Assembly: GCA_903902325.1 (NCBI GenBank)
Contig: CAIUUO010000202.1
Location: 6,262-70,261 of the forward strand
Source of the DNA: an uncultured Bacteroidia bacterium
GTDB lineage: Bacteria; Bacteroidota; Bacteroidia; Bacteroidales; Prolixibacteraceae
Length of the DNA stretch: 64,000 bases
Direction of reading: 5' to 3'
A model generated the notes under the pieces. It was not told the origin of the DNA and searched no databases. It saw only the letters and a program-made list of their open reading frames with translations. Positions within the stretch are counted from its first letter, which is position 1; every line of letters starts with the position of its first letter. Below are positions 1-9,662 of this stretch, piece after piece. A program made the translations under genes and the position numbers.

Positions 1-186
1 GTCATCCAGGTAGACTGTTTGGTGCCTGTAGGTTGCTAAGGCGGTGATCTTTTTCGGAATCAGTTGGGGATAGGACAGGTCAGGCGATAGTTTTCCAGGA
101 TAGAACAGGCTTCCATTATACGGAACAAGTACTCCGTCTTCAGATAAAATCCTTATCTGACCATCGCGGTTCACCGATAATGACAT
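1..186 (-). CDS. Partial hypothetical protein (N-terminal part; continues beyond window start)
   Basis: The minus-strand frame is open from the ATG at 186-184 to the window edge (MSLSVNRDGQIRILSEDGVLVPYNGSLFYPGK...). It overlaps the end of the 140..376 ORF in another frame. No recognisable motif. Confidence 0.25.
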   Translation of the reverse strand, partial: MSLSVNRDGQIRILSEDGVLVPYNGSLFYPGKLSPDLSYPQLIPKKITALATYRHQTVYLDD

Positions 187-376
187 ACGTGACACCGGCA
201 ATTGAGTTTTTGCCGTGTAAAAATTTAATGCTGAATTCCTGCGGATAGGGACGATCAGAATAACGAATTGATCTTGCCGGAACTTGTCCGGTCAAGAACC
301 GCTCTTTTTGTCCGGTACAGGAGGTCATACCAAAAATTGTCAGGGATAGCAGCAGATATCCTGTAAATAGTTTCAT
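140..376 (-). CDS. Small putative lipoprotein, function unknown
   Basis: 78-aa ORF with a hydrophobic signal sequence followed by a lipobox-like GMTSC. Confidence 0.45.
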   Translation of the reverse strand: MKLFTGYLLLSLTIFGMTSCTGQKERFLTGQVPARSIRYSDRPYPQEFSIKFLHGKNSIAGVTYVIIGEPRWSDKDFI

Positions 377-573
377 GATAATAGTAGTAGTAAACTCGTT
401 ACGAAGATAAAGAAAAATAGGTCCAAACTGCCAGTTGTTGGTATGATGGATTGATATCGTGGTATATCATATAACACATCGATTTTTTAAAATCAGGTTT
501 TCAAGAAGATAGTTGACAAACTAATTTTAACTGGCAAAGAAACAGAGATTTAGTGATGGATTGTATAAACAAA

Positions 574-605
574 ATCGTTCATTTCTTAGGGGTGAAATGA
601 ACGAT
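574..605 (-). terminator. Rho-independent terminator-like hairpin
   Basis: Perfect 12-bp stem (atcgttcatttc / gaaatgaacgat). On the minus strand it is followed by TTTTGTTT. It lies downstream of the 739..996 ORF. Confidence 0.5.
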
Positions 606-738
606 TAAGAATCAAAATTCAACGAATTGCATAAGATGCATACACTGTATGGGCATCAGGCTCCTGTTGTAGTAATTTATTCCGAAACTGAAATTATGAA
701 ACTGAAATAATGAATTGAAAAAATAACGCAAGTAAATC

Positions 739-996
739 TTAGTTGGCCCTGTAAAGGCAAAGATCAACAATGTCAAAAAAACTATTTTTTTTTTCAGGCA
801 TCTGGCCTTTTTTATGTTCGGAGGCAACTATTATTTCCACAAGTTCATTGTCTGACATAATTTCACAACTTTCGCCGTTTTTCAGTGTCCGAATCAGCGA
901 TTTTACTTTAACCATAAAGGTTTCAGGAGTAGTACTTTGAAGGTATAATCCCTTAGCTTCGTGTTCCAATAATCTGGTAAAAAGTTCCAAGTTCAT
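739..996 (-). CDS. Hypothetical protein
   Basis: 85-aa ORF with no recognisable motif. It is followed by a terminator-like hairpin. Confidence 0.35.
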   Translation of the reverse strand: MNLELFTRLLEHEAKGLYLQSTTPETFMVKVKSLIRTLKNGESCEIMSDNELVEIIVASEHKKGQMPEKKNSFFDIVDLCLYRAN

Positions 997-1243
997 GATG
1001 CGATTTTTTCACTTATTTAATGTGCAACAACTTGCATTCAATCCCACAATTGGTTGTAATGAAACCGTGTAAGTGGCCGCTGGCATTGATGATGATTGAG
1101 CACTATTTCTGAGGGTGAATATAATCTGGCTGTAGGGTTCAAATGGTAGGTGGTCCGGAGTATTTGCGTACTTATTTTATTGATTTATTTGTAGGGTTTT
1201 TCCCGACAAACAATCTTATGCAGGTTCCCATTATAAAAGTGAA

Positions 1244-1279
1244 GCCACCAATCCTCCTTGTGTATGGGTGATTGGTGGC
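1244..1279 (-). terminator. Terminator-like hairpin downstream of the GH38 gene
   Basis: 10-bp stem gccaccaatc / gattggtggc immediately after the GH38 stop. A T-rich run follows on the minus strand (TTCACTTTTATAA). Confidence 0.45.
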
Positions 1280-1306
1280 CTTAGAGCGGATATTTGCAGT
1301 AATTTC

Positions 1307-4300
1307 TTACTTGCCTTGAACTCTTAACCTGAAAGGGAGGTTTTCCTTGAAATTGTCTGAAACGGGTTGCAGAAGTTTCACATCATCAGTATTTTTCTTT
1401 GCAACGGTGATCGCGAATATTTTTATTTTATCATTGTCCGGAAGCGTAATCCTACTTGTACCTGGAGGTAGATTCAGGGCATATTTAAAAATGTACGAAT
1501 AGTGGTACGGATCATTTCTTGTAGGATAGCCAAAATGGGTATGGGAAGCAAACCAGGCGATGTTATCGGTTTTCAGAAAAGGTTCCATTATTCCAAGAAC
1601 GGTTGATCCATCCAAATCAAACTGCCTGTCGTAATGTTGGCCGATGAAGCCTGACCATTTTGCTATGTTCAAATCTATTTTCGCTCCGCCGGCCGCAAAA
1701 TTTCCATTTGTGTCTTCCGTGGCGGAAGCTAAAAAGTAAAGTTTGTTATAATCACCGACAGGTAAATCAACGATTTGCCCTTTACAGGTCACCACATTTT
1801 TTTGCAGGTCTTTCCGGCTGCCCATTTTAAATAGTACGTTCTCACTTATCAACGTATCGGGCATCATTTCGGCAGGATAGTTGTTGACATTACCATGTTC
1901 CGTAGTATCGTATTTTCTAACCATATCTCCGTCGGTCCGGTTGTTGTCAAAACTCATCACATCCTGATCGAAAGAAAGGCCGACAGGTTTCTGGATGAAT
2001 GCAATTTGACTTAAAGATGCAAGTTTGACCGCAAAACTCCTGATGGTAAAGTGTGAAAGTTCAAAGGAAAGTGAATTGCCATCAATGACTGCAGGGCCGA
2101 TCTTTTGCTCCTGACCGTTAATTTCGAATGCGTCAAGAATTTTTCCCGGTAAACGAAGTTTCAGACCGTTGAGGTCTTGTCCTGAGAGTTCATTGACTCG
2201 AACTACAAAATAGTCGCAGGCTTCTGCTCTTTTCAGTGCCATCAGACCAACCTTCGGAGAATTGATACTCAGAAATGAAAATGAAGAACCTGTTGTGCCA
2301 CCATGTTTCGGAGCCTCAAAGGCGATCAAAGGTTTATTCAGAAACTCGGCCTGCTTTTGTGTTTCACTTTCAGACCAATTACCGCTATGACTGTACAATC
2401 CGTATTTCACCTCCTGGATACCCCAGTCTTGTGAAGCCTGGTACAACCAGGTTGGGCAGAGTTTAGCCGAAGGAGTGTATAGCAAAGTAAGCCGAAGGGT
2501 ATTGTTGTCAGGCTTATCGGATCCGTATTTGCAGTCTTCCAGCACAGAAACACCAAATTTACCTGACTTATCTGTCAGGTCCAGCCACATTTTGGAAGGT
2601 ACCTCAAATTTTAGTTCGTGGTTCGTATTTCTTTCGACGGCGGCTGTTCCAAGGTTATAGGTTGCATTTTCATTTTCCACAGTAAAAGGGAAGGATGCTT
2701 TCAAACTTACTCCGGTAGATTGCCAGTCGATTTTGTTGGCAACCTCCACCCGTTTGCCAGCGTTTCCGGCTGACAAACTTATTATTTGTGTGATTACAGA
2801 ATTTTCTCCTTTTTTTGATACCTCGAAGGCTACCCGTACCGGACCATTCTCGACCATTTTAATCGTCACTTCCTGATTCATGAATGCGAAAGGAGGATTT
2901 TTGCGGTCGGACCAGAACATATTCCATGCAGGTTCCTTTCTAGGAGATTCATGCTGAAATTCTAATCTGGCAGGCTTTGACAGCAGCTCGCGGTGCTCTT
3001 TTTTATCCGTGATGGAGGCAATATCGCCGTTGTTATCCAGTGTGAGTCTGTAGAACTCATTTTCGAGACTATTGGGTTCGGCAGACAAGGCATTTGTAAT
3101 CAGTTTTGATTTTTCAATTGATTCTCGTGCATCGTATACAACAATACCCATTGAAGGCACCCTTGCAAGGAAAATGAATTTCACGGTATTTCCACTTCTG
3201 GAGATTATCTGTGATGGCACTTCTTTCCCTTTTTCGTCGAATACTTTTAAATGAGCAGGCATGACTGGGAAACTCAGTTCAGCAGTACAAATATCTTCCC
3301 GTTCACGGGCAACAGGATTGTAAATGGCAATAGCCCGGCCCTTGGTCTGGGTATTGAGTTGGGAGGAGACTACACCAAGGGAATTTTTTAATACCTCCGT
3401 AAATCCGTTCTGGGCAATAAATTCGTCGTTCCATGCCAGTTTGAAAGCGCTCGGAATGGCAGTTCCCGGTAAAACATCATGCATTTGGCTTCCTAACAAC
3501 AATTCCCAGGAATTATTAAGTTTGCCATAAGGATAAGGAGCGTCTGTCAGGAAGCCTGCCATGGAGGCCATCTGTTCGGCAGATTGTGCAAGAATTTCAT
3601 TTTTGCGGTTCAGTCTTTTCATGTAGGATTCAGAAGTCATTGAACCCGCGCTGTGCTCAACCAGGAGGAGATCCCCCTTGTAGACAGGTAATTTTTGCCT
3701 GATTTCAGGAGTGATATCCTTGTACATTTGGTCTGAAGAGGTCAGTACCACTTTGATTTTGCTGTCTGAATTTTGCAAACTCCCTTCTGCATTGATCACA
3801 TCCCTTTCGCGCAAACCTCCGCCCATGTCACCACACCCATAGTAGCGGTAGTCGAAGGTAATGCCGTATTTTTTCTGGTCGTCGGCCAGACGGTTGTCCC
3901 AGTAGGAATCTATGTCGAGACGGGGCATAAGATCCCCATCATAATCTGTGGCATCCAGACAAGCGACTACTCCCTTGCCGTCTGGCCCGTTCCAGACTCC
4001 CACATTAAATGGCAAAGGAACAGAGGTTTTGAGGTTTGGAATGGTGAGTTTCTGTGTGGAGAAGCCGATGATTCCTGCGTGATGGAGAACAGATGGCAAA
4101 CTTGCCACAAAACCAAAACAATCCGGAAGCATATAGTCGGAACTCACTTTGCCAAATTCCTTACGGAAAAAATTATTGCCATAAAGCACATGCCGTAGAA
4201 CAGATTCTGAAGAAGAAACATTCACCTCCGCTTCCTCCACGGAGGACCCTGCTACAAACCATCTTCCGGCATCGATGTATCCTTTCAGACGGGAGTAAAG

Positions 4301-4588
4301 TTCGGGATGGTATTCCTTCATCAGGCGGTAGCGCCGTGATCCCGTGAAGTTGAATACATAGTCGGGATATTTGTCAAACAGCCTGAAATTCTCTTCCATG
4401 GTATTCCTGAGGTATTCGCTGACTGTTGTTCTGTAATCCCATTCATATTCTGAATCCAGATGCGTATAGCCAACCGTATAAAGCACCCGCTCTTTGGAGA
4501 TATCGTAGGAGGCACGCCGGTTAAGCGGCTGAGAAAACGAACCGATGGAAATGAGCATCATTGCCATCAGTAACAATTTTGTATTCAT
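1307..4588 (-). CDS. Glycoside hydrolase family 38 (alpha-mannosidase-like), secreted
   Basis: 1093 aa with an N-terminal signal peptide. GH38 N-domain signatures are present: YTVGYTHLDSEYEWDY, RWFVAGSSVEEAEVN, MLPDCFGF (nucleophile Asp context) and MHDVLPGT. Confidence 0.85.
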   Translation of the reverse strand: MNTKLLLMAMMLISIGSFSQPLNRRASYDISKERVLYTVGYTHLDSEYEWDYRTTVSEYLRNTMEENFRLFDKYPDYVFNFTGSRRYRLMKEYHPELYSRLKGYIDAGRWFVAGSSVEEAEVNVSSSESVLRHVLYGNNFFRKEFGKVSSDYMLPDCFGFVASLPSVLHHAGIIGFSTQKLTIPNLKTSVPLPFNVGVWNGPDGKGVVACLDATDYDGDLMPRLDIDSYWDNRLADDQKKYGITFDYRYYGCGDMGGGLRERDVINAEGSLQNSDSKIKVVLTSSDQMYKDITPEIRQKLPVYKGDLLLVEHSAGSMTSESYMKRLNRKNEILAQSAEQMASMAGFLTDAPYPYGKLNNSWELLLGSQMHDVLPGTAIPSAFKLAWNDEFIAQNGFTEVLKNSLGVVSSQLNTQTKGRAIAIYNPVAREREDICTAELSFPVMPAHLKVFDEKGKEVPSQIISRSGNTVKFIFLARVPSMGIVVYDARESIEKSKLITNALSAEPNSLENEFYRLTLDNNGDIASITDKKEHRELLSKPARLEFQHESPRKEPAWNMFWSDRKNPPFAFMNQEVTIKMVENGPVRVAFEVSKKGENSVITQIISLSAGNAGKRVEVANKIDWQSTGVSLKASFPFTVENENATYNLGTAAVERNTNHELKFEVPSKMWLDLTDKSGKFGVSVLEDCKYGSDKPDNNTLRLTLLYTPSAKLCPTWLYQASQDWGIQEVKYGLYSHSGNWSESETQKQAEFLNKPLIAFEAPKHGGTTGSSFSFLSINSPKVGLMALKRAEACDYFVVRVNELSGQDLNGLKLRLPGKILDAFEINGQEQKIGPAVIDGNSLSFELSHFTIRSFAVKLASLSQIAFIQKPVGLSFDQDVMSFDNNRTDGDMVRKYDTTEHGNVNNYPAEMMPDTLISENVLFKMGSRKDLQKNVVTCKGQIVDLPVGDYNKLYFLASATEDTNGNFAAGGAKIDLNIAKWSGFIGQHYDRQFDLDGSTVLGIMEPFLKTDNIAWFASHTHFGYPTRNDPYHYSYIFKYALNLPPGTSRITLPDNDKIKIFAITVAKKNTDDVKLLQPVSDNFKENLPFRLRVQGK

Positions 4589-4713
4589 CGGTAGTTGACT
4601 TTGTTAATAGAAATTATTGCAAACATACACAGATCGTTGCAGATGAACTTCCTGAATCTTAACGAATAGTAAACATTTTTGGTTTTGAACTTTGTATAGG
4701 ATGTTCTCCTTTT

Positions 4714-5628
4714 TCAGGATTTGAACTCATCAAACAGTTTCAGTCCGTTGCTCCTTTTGATGATATAGATGTAGGCGATTGCTGTCCAGAACGAAAACAA
4801 AGCATAGATCAGGGAAGGTTTGACCATGTCCTGATTATGGAGCAATGTGCCGGCCACGAGAAAAGCTAGTGTTGTATTCTGCACGGCGGCCTCAATCCCG
4901 ATGGTACACGAGTTCCTCACTCCCAGTCCGGACGATCTGCTGAACCTGAATCCCCACAGCATTGAAAGGGCATTCTGCAAAAAGGCAAAGGGCAGAATGA
5001 TGAATACCTCCTTCATGGTAATGCCTGACCCACCGCTGTTTTCAGTTGCAAAAAATTTGATAAGGAAGACGGCACCCAGTGCGACGAGCAGTATCAATTT
5101 CAGCGGATGCTGTGCTTTTATAGCAAAAGCAGGCCTGTATGATCTGACAAGTACTCCGATGACAGCGGGCACAATAGTAACTGAGAATATCTGGATGATG
5201 GTTTCAATGTACGATAAGTGGATCTCGGTGGATTTTCCATAATAAAAAACGAGACTTAAATTGACGATGAGCGGAATGGTAAGCAGGGTGATAAAACTGT
5301 TGATGGAAGTAAATGTAATGGACAAGGCCGCGTTTCCCTTGAAGAAATAGGTAAGGAAACCTGATACGGTGCCTCCCGGACAGGAAGAGAGAATAATCAA
5401 TCCGACCTTGAAAGGAAGCGGCAGATTGGAGAGCCATGTAATTGTAAATGCAATAATCGGCAGGACAATTATTTGAGAGGATAATCCCGTGATCAGTGCT
5501 TTGGGATAGAAGAATACGTTCTTGAAGCTAGTGGATGTCAGCGACAATCCTACGCCAAACATGATAAAGGCCAGCACAAGGCTTATCACGAAATCAATGT
5601 AGGAATAGTGCGGAAGTGACATGATCAA
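4714..5628 (-). CDS. Bile acid:sodium symporter (BASS/SBF-like) family transporter
   Basis: 304 aa and polytopic, with SBF-like motifs SSCPGGTVSGF and QNTTLAFLVAG. Its start lies 5 nt after the stop of the upstream synthetase gene, which suggests an operon. Confidence 0.8.
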   Translation of the reverse strand: MIMSLPHYSYIDFVISLVLAFIMFGVGLSLTSTSFKNVFFYPKALITGLSSQIIVLPIIAFTITWLSNLPLPFKVGLIILSSCPGGTVSGFLTYFFKGNAALSITFTSINSFITLLTIPLIVNLSLVFYYGKSTEIHLSYIETIIQIFSVTIVPAVIGVLVRSYRPAFAIKAQHPLKLILLVALGAVFLIKFFATENSGGSGITMKEVFIILPFAFLQNALSMLWGFRFSRSSGLGVRNSCTIGIEAAVQNTTLAFLVAGTLLHNQDMVKPSLIYALFSFWTAIAYIYIIKRSNGLKLFDEFKS

Positions 5629-5633
5629 TTTTT

Positions 5634-8600
5634 TTAATGTTTTTGTGCAGGAGCGCCTACAAAAATATTATTTGCTGGCAATGTTTCACTTTTCATCAGT
5701 ACGGAGAGCGGCTCCAGAATTGAGCCATCCTCCATTTTTGAATCATACAAAACTACTGACATCCCACCAACACTGCAATGTTTACCAATATCAACATACG
5801 ACATTTTCATCACACGGTCTTCAAAAAGATGGGTTTGCAGGGTGCAATTATCGTTTGCCATGGCATGGTCCCCTATTTTTACAAGATCAAATTCTGTAAT
5901 CTGGGTAGTATTGATGCATACTCTTTTCCCTATTTTACAACCCAGCAGTCTTAGGGGGAATTTAATGAACGGGGTGCCTGTCAGCATATTAAGGAAGAAA
6001 AGTACCAGGAAATTCTCGTATAGTCCCGTAACGAGTTCACTTCTCCAGACATAATTGCTCCAAAGTGGTTTGTTGGCCGGTTTGTAACGTCCGATGATAA
6101 TCCATTTGAATACAGCAGTAATGATTGTTCCCAATATTCCCGCACCCAGATATAGAAAAGGGAAGAGGGCGAACAGAACAAACAGGTCATATTCGACCTG
6201 TAAATAGGAGGTGATATTGGAGATCAGGGAAGCCATGGCAAGAAACATGACCGCAGGAAGGGTTACACGGAAAAATTCGATGCTGTAGCGCAGAATGAAT
6301 AATTTCCTAGTGGGTTTATAGGTTCTTTCCGCAGAAAATTCGTGATTAATATCCCTTTTTGGAAGGTAAACAGCGGGTGATCCGAACCAGGAAGTTCCGT
6401 GTTTTGCAGGAAGGTCCTTATCCGGGACTTTTGACAAAACACCAACCAGGACATCGTCGCCTAGAACGGTATTGGGACTTATCACCGCACTGTTCCCAAC
6501 GAAGGTTCTGTTGCCAATGTAAGTTTTTGCGATGGTGATGTAACCATTTCGAACGCTGGAAGCGCCGATGGAAACAGAGTCGGCCAGAAAACACTCATCC
6601 CCGGTGACCAATAGGTCCGGTGAAATAAATTCGACGGTGGAAATTTCCACCCTTTTACCCATCTTCACTCCCAGCATTTTGAACCAGAATTGCAAATACA
6701 GGGTTGTGTACATGGTACCGAGCACCTGAAGGCTGAGTTTCATCAACTGGTCGAAGAACCATTTCCTGTGGTAAAAACCGCTGTTGACACGGTAAACTCC
6801 CTCCTTTATGTTCCCAAGCAAAATCCATTTAAGCAAGGTAATGATCAGCACAAGTATAACAACGAAAAGCACCCCGACAAGGAAAATATGCGGCAATAAT
6901 GTGATCCATGACTCTTCATTGCTGTAATCGAAATGTGTAATCACCATCATGCCCGGGAAATAGGCAATCATGGTAATAAGGGGGATCAGGAACACGCTGA
7001 AGGCATAGAAAAAATTACGTTTTGACCAGGGAGGAACTGCTTCCTGGTAATTATTCATTCCAATTCTCCTTGCCGGTGAGCCTCCCCAGTTTTCGCTGCT
7101 TGGTATTACGGCCCCTTCCGGAACAAGTGTCAGATCTTCAATCGAGGAGTTTATCTCCATCCTGGTATTGTGACCAAGACAACATCTTGTGCCAACATAG
7201 CAGTTGCTTTCCAATTCAATGGTACCGATATCCAGATAACCATCTGCGATCGTGAATCCTTTTAGGTGAGAGTCTGTGCAGATACTGACATTGTTTCCCA
7301 GGTGAAAAAGGTCGAAGGCCGAGATGGCTGAGGTGTTGATGTAACAATTTTTACCCACTTTGGCACCCAAAAGCCTCAGGAATACATTCATAATCGGAGT
7401 ACCCGTAAAATAGGAGATAGGTGATATGTTGACGAGTTTGTCGGCCAGCCAGAACCTGAAGTAATACATTCCCCAAACCTTGTATCTTCCGGGTTTGATT
7501 TTCCCAATAACCAGCCATTTGAGCGTAATGGCGAAAAAAGTGATTGCAGGAAGGAGTGAAAAATAAGTTAAAAGCATCATCAGAAGGGAATCTATCACGG
7601 TATATTCTGCCTGGTAGAAGTAAGAATATACAAAGAATGGCCCCATCCATTCGATACCGAAAATGAGCGCAATAAAAAGCATGGACAGCCCCTGTAAAAA
7701 TCCACAGGAATAGTAGCTCCACATGGAAGGAGTGTTTACATCGCGCGGCTTGTCAGGAGTTTTACCTGAAGAAGGCCGTTTATTTTCGAGCGCCGTGGCA
7801 AGGTCAGAAAGTACCGGATGTTTGTACAAATCAACCACCGACAGGTTTTCAAACATCGGATTTTTACGCAGATCAGACGATATAAGTGCCGCCAAAAGGG
7901 AATGTCCCCCAAGATCTTCAAAGAAATTGTCATCCATCGAGATGTCGGAACGATGGATGTTTCTAGCAATTGCCTCAACCAATTTCTTTTCAAGATCCGT
8001 AACCGGAAGGATGAACTCTTTCTGGGCAGAAAATGAAAGGGGAATTTCAGGAGCAGGCAATCGTTTCCTGTCAACCTTCTGGCTGGTCGTCATCGGAAGT
8101 GCAGGAAGCACATCCAGGGTTGAAGGAATCATGTAATAGGGCAGTTTTGCACGAAGTCCTGCAGCAATCTCCTCCCTGTTGATTTCCACATTCTTTTCGA
8201 TCATTACATAGGCAGCCAGCTGCTGAGTGTCAACATCCAGCGAAACTACGGCGGCACGTATCCCCGGTGACTGAAGCAATAAACCTTCAATTTCAGCCAG
8301 CTCAACCCTGAATCCGCGAACCTTGACCTGTGCATCTACACGGCCAACGTAAATTATTTCGCCTTCAGCATTGTATTTTGCAATATCCCCGGTACGGTAA
8401 TATCTTTCAGGAGCGCCAATGAAACGATCGGTTTCCAGAAATTTTTGTACTGTCAGGTCATCCCTGTGGAGATATCCCCTGGCAATGCTCTCGCCACCCA
8501 AAAGAATCTCGCCTTCCTCATTCACCCCGACAGGCTCAAGATTTTCATTGACAATGAGGACTTCATATCCGGGCAATGCTTTCCCAATCGTGACGGCACA

Positions 8601-9533
8601 ACTCTCGTTCAGCAGTGAATAGGTGGCAATCACTGTAGCCTCGGTAGGTCCGTAGGTGTTGTAGACCATTCTCCCTGGCTTGCACCATCTGTGGGCAAGA
8701 TCAGATGAACAGACTTCCCCTCCGAATATTAAAATCTTCAGAGCCGGAATATCTTCCGTGACCATGGATAACAAGGTTGGGGCACAGGAAAGAAAAGTAA
8801 TATGGAGTTGGTTTAAAAGTGCAGCAAACTGATCGCCCGATCGCATGATGTCGTATGTTCCGACTACTAGCGTGGCGCCTACTGAAAACGGTACCCAAAT
8901 TTCCTCGACAGAGGCATCAAAAGAGACTGAAAATCCCTGTAAAGCCCTGTAAGAGTTGTCGATGGGATAGATGATTTGTGCACCCCTGATATAATTGGTC
9001 ACATTGCGGTGTTCCAGCAAGACGCCTTTTGGTTTCCCTGTCGTTCCTGAGGTATATATGATATAACAAAGGTTGTCGGGGCTCCTGTTCTCCACCCTTG
9101 GTTCCGTATCAGGCAAGGATTTAAGCGAATCCCATTGCTCATCAATGTTGAACAATGGTTGAGGTTTTAACCCGTTAGAAATTCTCTCCAGAATTTCATT
9201 GGACGTGACAAGAACCTTTGCTCCTGAATCCTCCATGATGAAATTTACCCTCTCGGCAGGAATCTCAGGATCAAGCGGGATGTATGCGCCTCCGGCTTTT
9301 AATACTCCGAGCATCATGATGTAGACTTCGGCACAACGCGGCAGCAGGATGACAACCTTTTCTTCCGGAGCTATGCCTTTTTCAATCAGAAAATGCGCAA
9401 ACCGATTGGCAAGTGTATTGGTTTCGGCATAGGTAAATCTCTTCGCTCCCTGCTCGATGGCGATCGCATTCGGGTATCTGACAGCTGATTGTTTGAAATA
9501 CTGATCTAGAAATTTACATCCCTGTCCATCCAT
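5634..9533 (-). CDS. Pls-like single-module NRPS (adenylation + carrier domain + three membrane-flanked tandem C-terminal domains); putative homopoly(amino acid) synthetase
   Basis: 1299 aa. AMP-binding core motifs: YIIYTSGTTGKPKGV, NTYGPTEAT, YRTGDI, GRVDAQVKVRGFRVELAEIE, SQKVDRKRL. Carrier motif: DLGGHSLLA. After these come three hexapeptide/beta-helix-like soluble segments, each preceded by hydrophobic TM pairs and ending in a G(S/A)PA motif (NWGGSPA, SWFGSPA, FVGAPA). There is no condensation or thioesterase domain. Confidence 0.85.
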   Translation of the reverse strand: MDGQGCKFLDQYFKQSAVRYPNAIAIEQGAKRFTYAETNTLANRFAHFLIEKGIAPEEKVVILLPRCAEVYIMMLGVLKAGGAYIPLDPEIPAERVNFIMEDSGAKVLVTSNEILERISNGLKPQPLFNIDEQWDSLKSLPDTEPRVENRSPDNLCYIIYTSGTTGKPKGVLLEHRNVTNYIRGAQIIYPIDNSYRALQGFSVSFDASVEEIWVPFSVGATLVVGTYDIMRSGDQFAALLNQLHITFLSCAPTLLSMVTEDIPALKILIFGGEVCSSDLAHRWCKPGRMVYNTYGPTEATVIATYSLLNESCAVTIGKALPGYEVLIVNENLEPVGVNEEGEILLGGESIARGYLHRDDLTVQKFLETDRFIGAPERYYRTGDIAKYNAEGEIIYVGRVDAQVKVRGFRVELAEIEGLLLQSPGIRAAVVSLDVDTQQLAAYVMIEKNVEINREEIAAGLRAKLPYYMIPSTLDVLPALPMTTSQKVDRKRLPAPEIPLSFSAQKEFILPVTDLEKKLVEAIARNIHRSDISMDDNFFEDLGGHSLLAALISSDLRKNPMFENLSVVDLYKHPVLSDLATALENKRPSSGKTPDKPRDVNTPSMWSYYSCGFLQGLSMLFIALIFGIEWMGPFFVYSYFYQAEYTVIDSLLMMLLTYFSLLPAITFFAITLKWLVIGKIKPGRYKVWGMYYFRFWLADKLVNISPISYFTGTPIMNVFLRLLGAKVGKNCYINTSAISAFDLFHLGNNVSICTDSHLKGFTIADGYLDIGTIELESNCYVGTRCCLGHNTRMEINSSIEDLTLVPEGAVIPSSENWGGSPARRIGMNNYQEAVPPWSKRNFFYAFSVFLIPLITMIAYFPGMMVITHFDYSNEESWITLLPHIFLVGVLFVVILVLIITLLKWILLGNIKEGVYRVNSGFYHRKWFFDQLMKLSLQVLGTMYTTLYLQFWFKMLGVKMGKRVEISTVEFISPDLLVTGDECFLADSVSIGASSVRNGYITIAKTYIGNRTFVGNSAVISPNTVLGDDVLVGVLSKVPDKDLPAKHGTSWFGSPAVYLPKRDINHEFSAERTYKPTRKLFILRYSIEFFRVTLPAVMFLAMASLISNITSYLQVEYDLFVLFALFPFLYLGAGILGTIITAVFKWIIIGRYKPANKPLWSNYVWRSELVTGLYENFLVLFFLNMLTGTPFIKFPLRLLGCKIGKRVCINTTQITEFDLVKIGDHAMANDNCTLQTHLFEDRVMKMSYVDIGKHCSVGGMSVVLYDSKMEDGSILEPLSVLMKSETLPANNIFVGAPAQKH

Positions 9534-9662
9534 GAATACACCCTTTTTTGAAACAAATAAATATAGTGCTTTTCTTTGTGGTATGACACATCAGTTAAAT
9601 CCAAAATTATTAAATTCGAAAACCCGAAATAACTAGTTGACACCTTAATTCAATCCCATCCA

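Noticed and set aside
5634-9533. The synthetase read as part of a conventional multi-modular NRPS/siderophore cluster
   Set aside because: There are no condensation, epimerisation or thioesterase domains. There is no second module, MbtH-like gene or tailoring enzyme within 10 kb on either side. The architecture fits the stand-alone Pls type instead.
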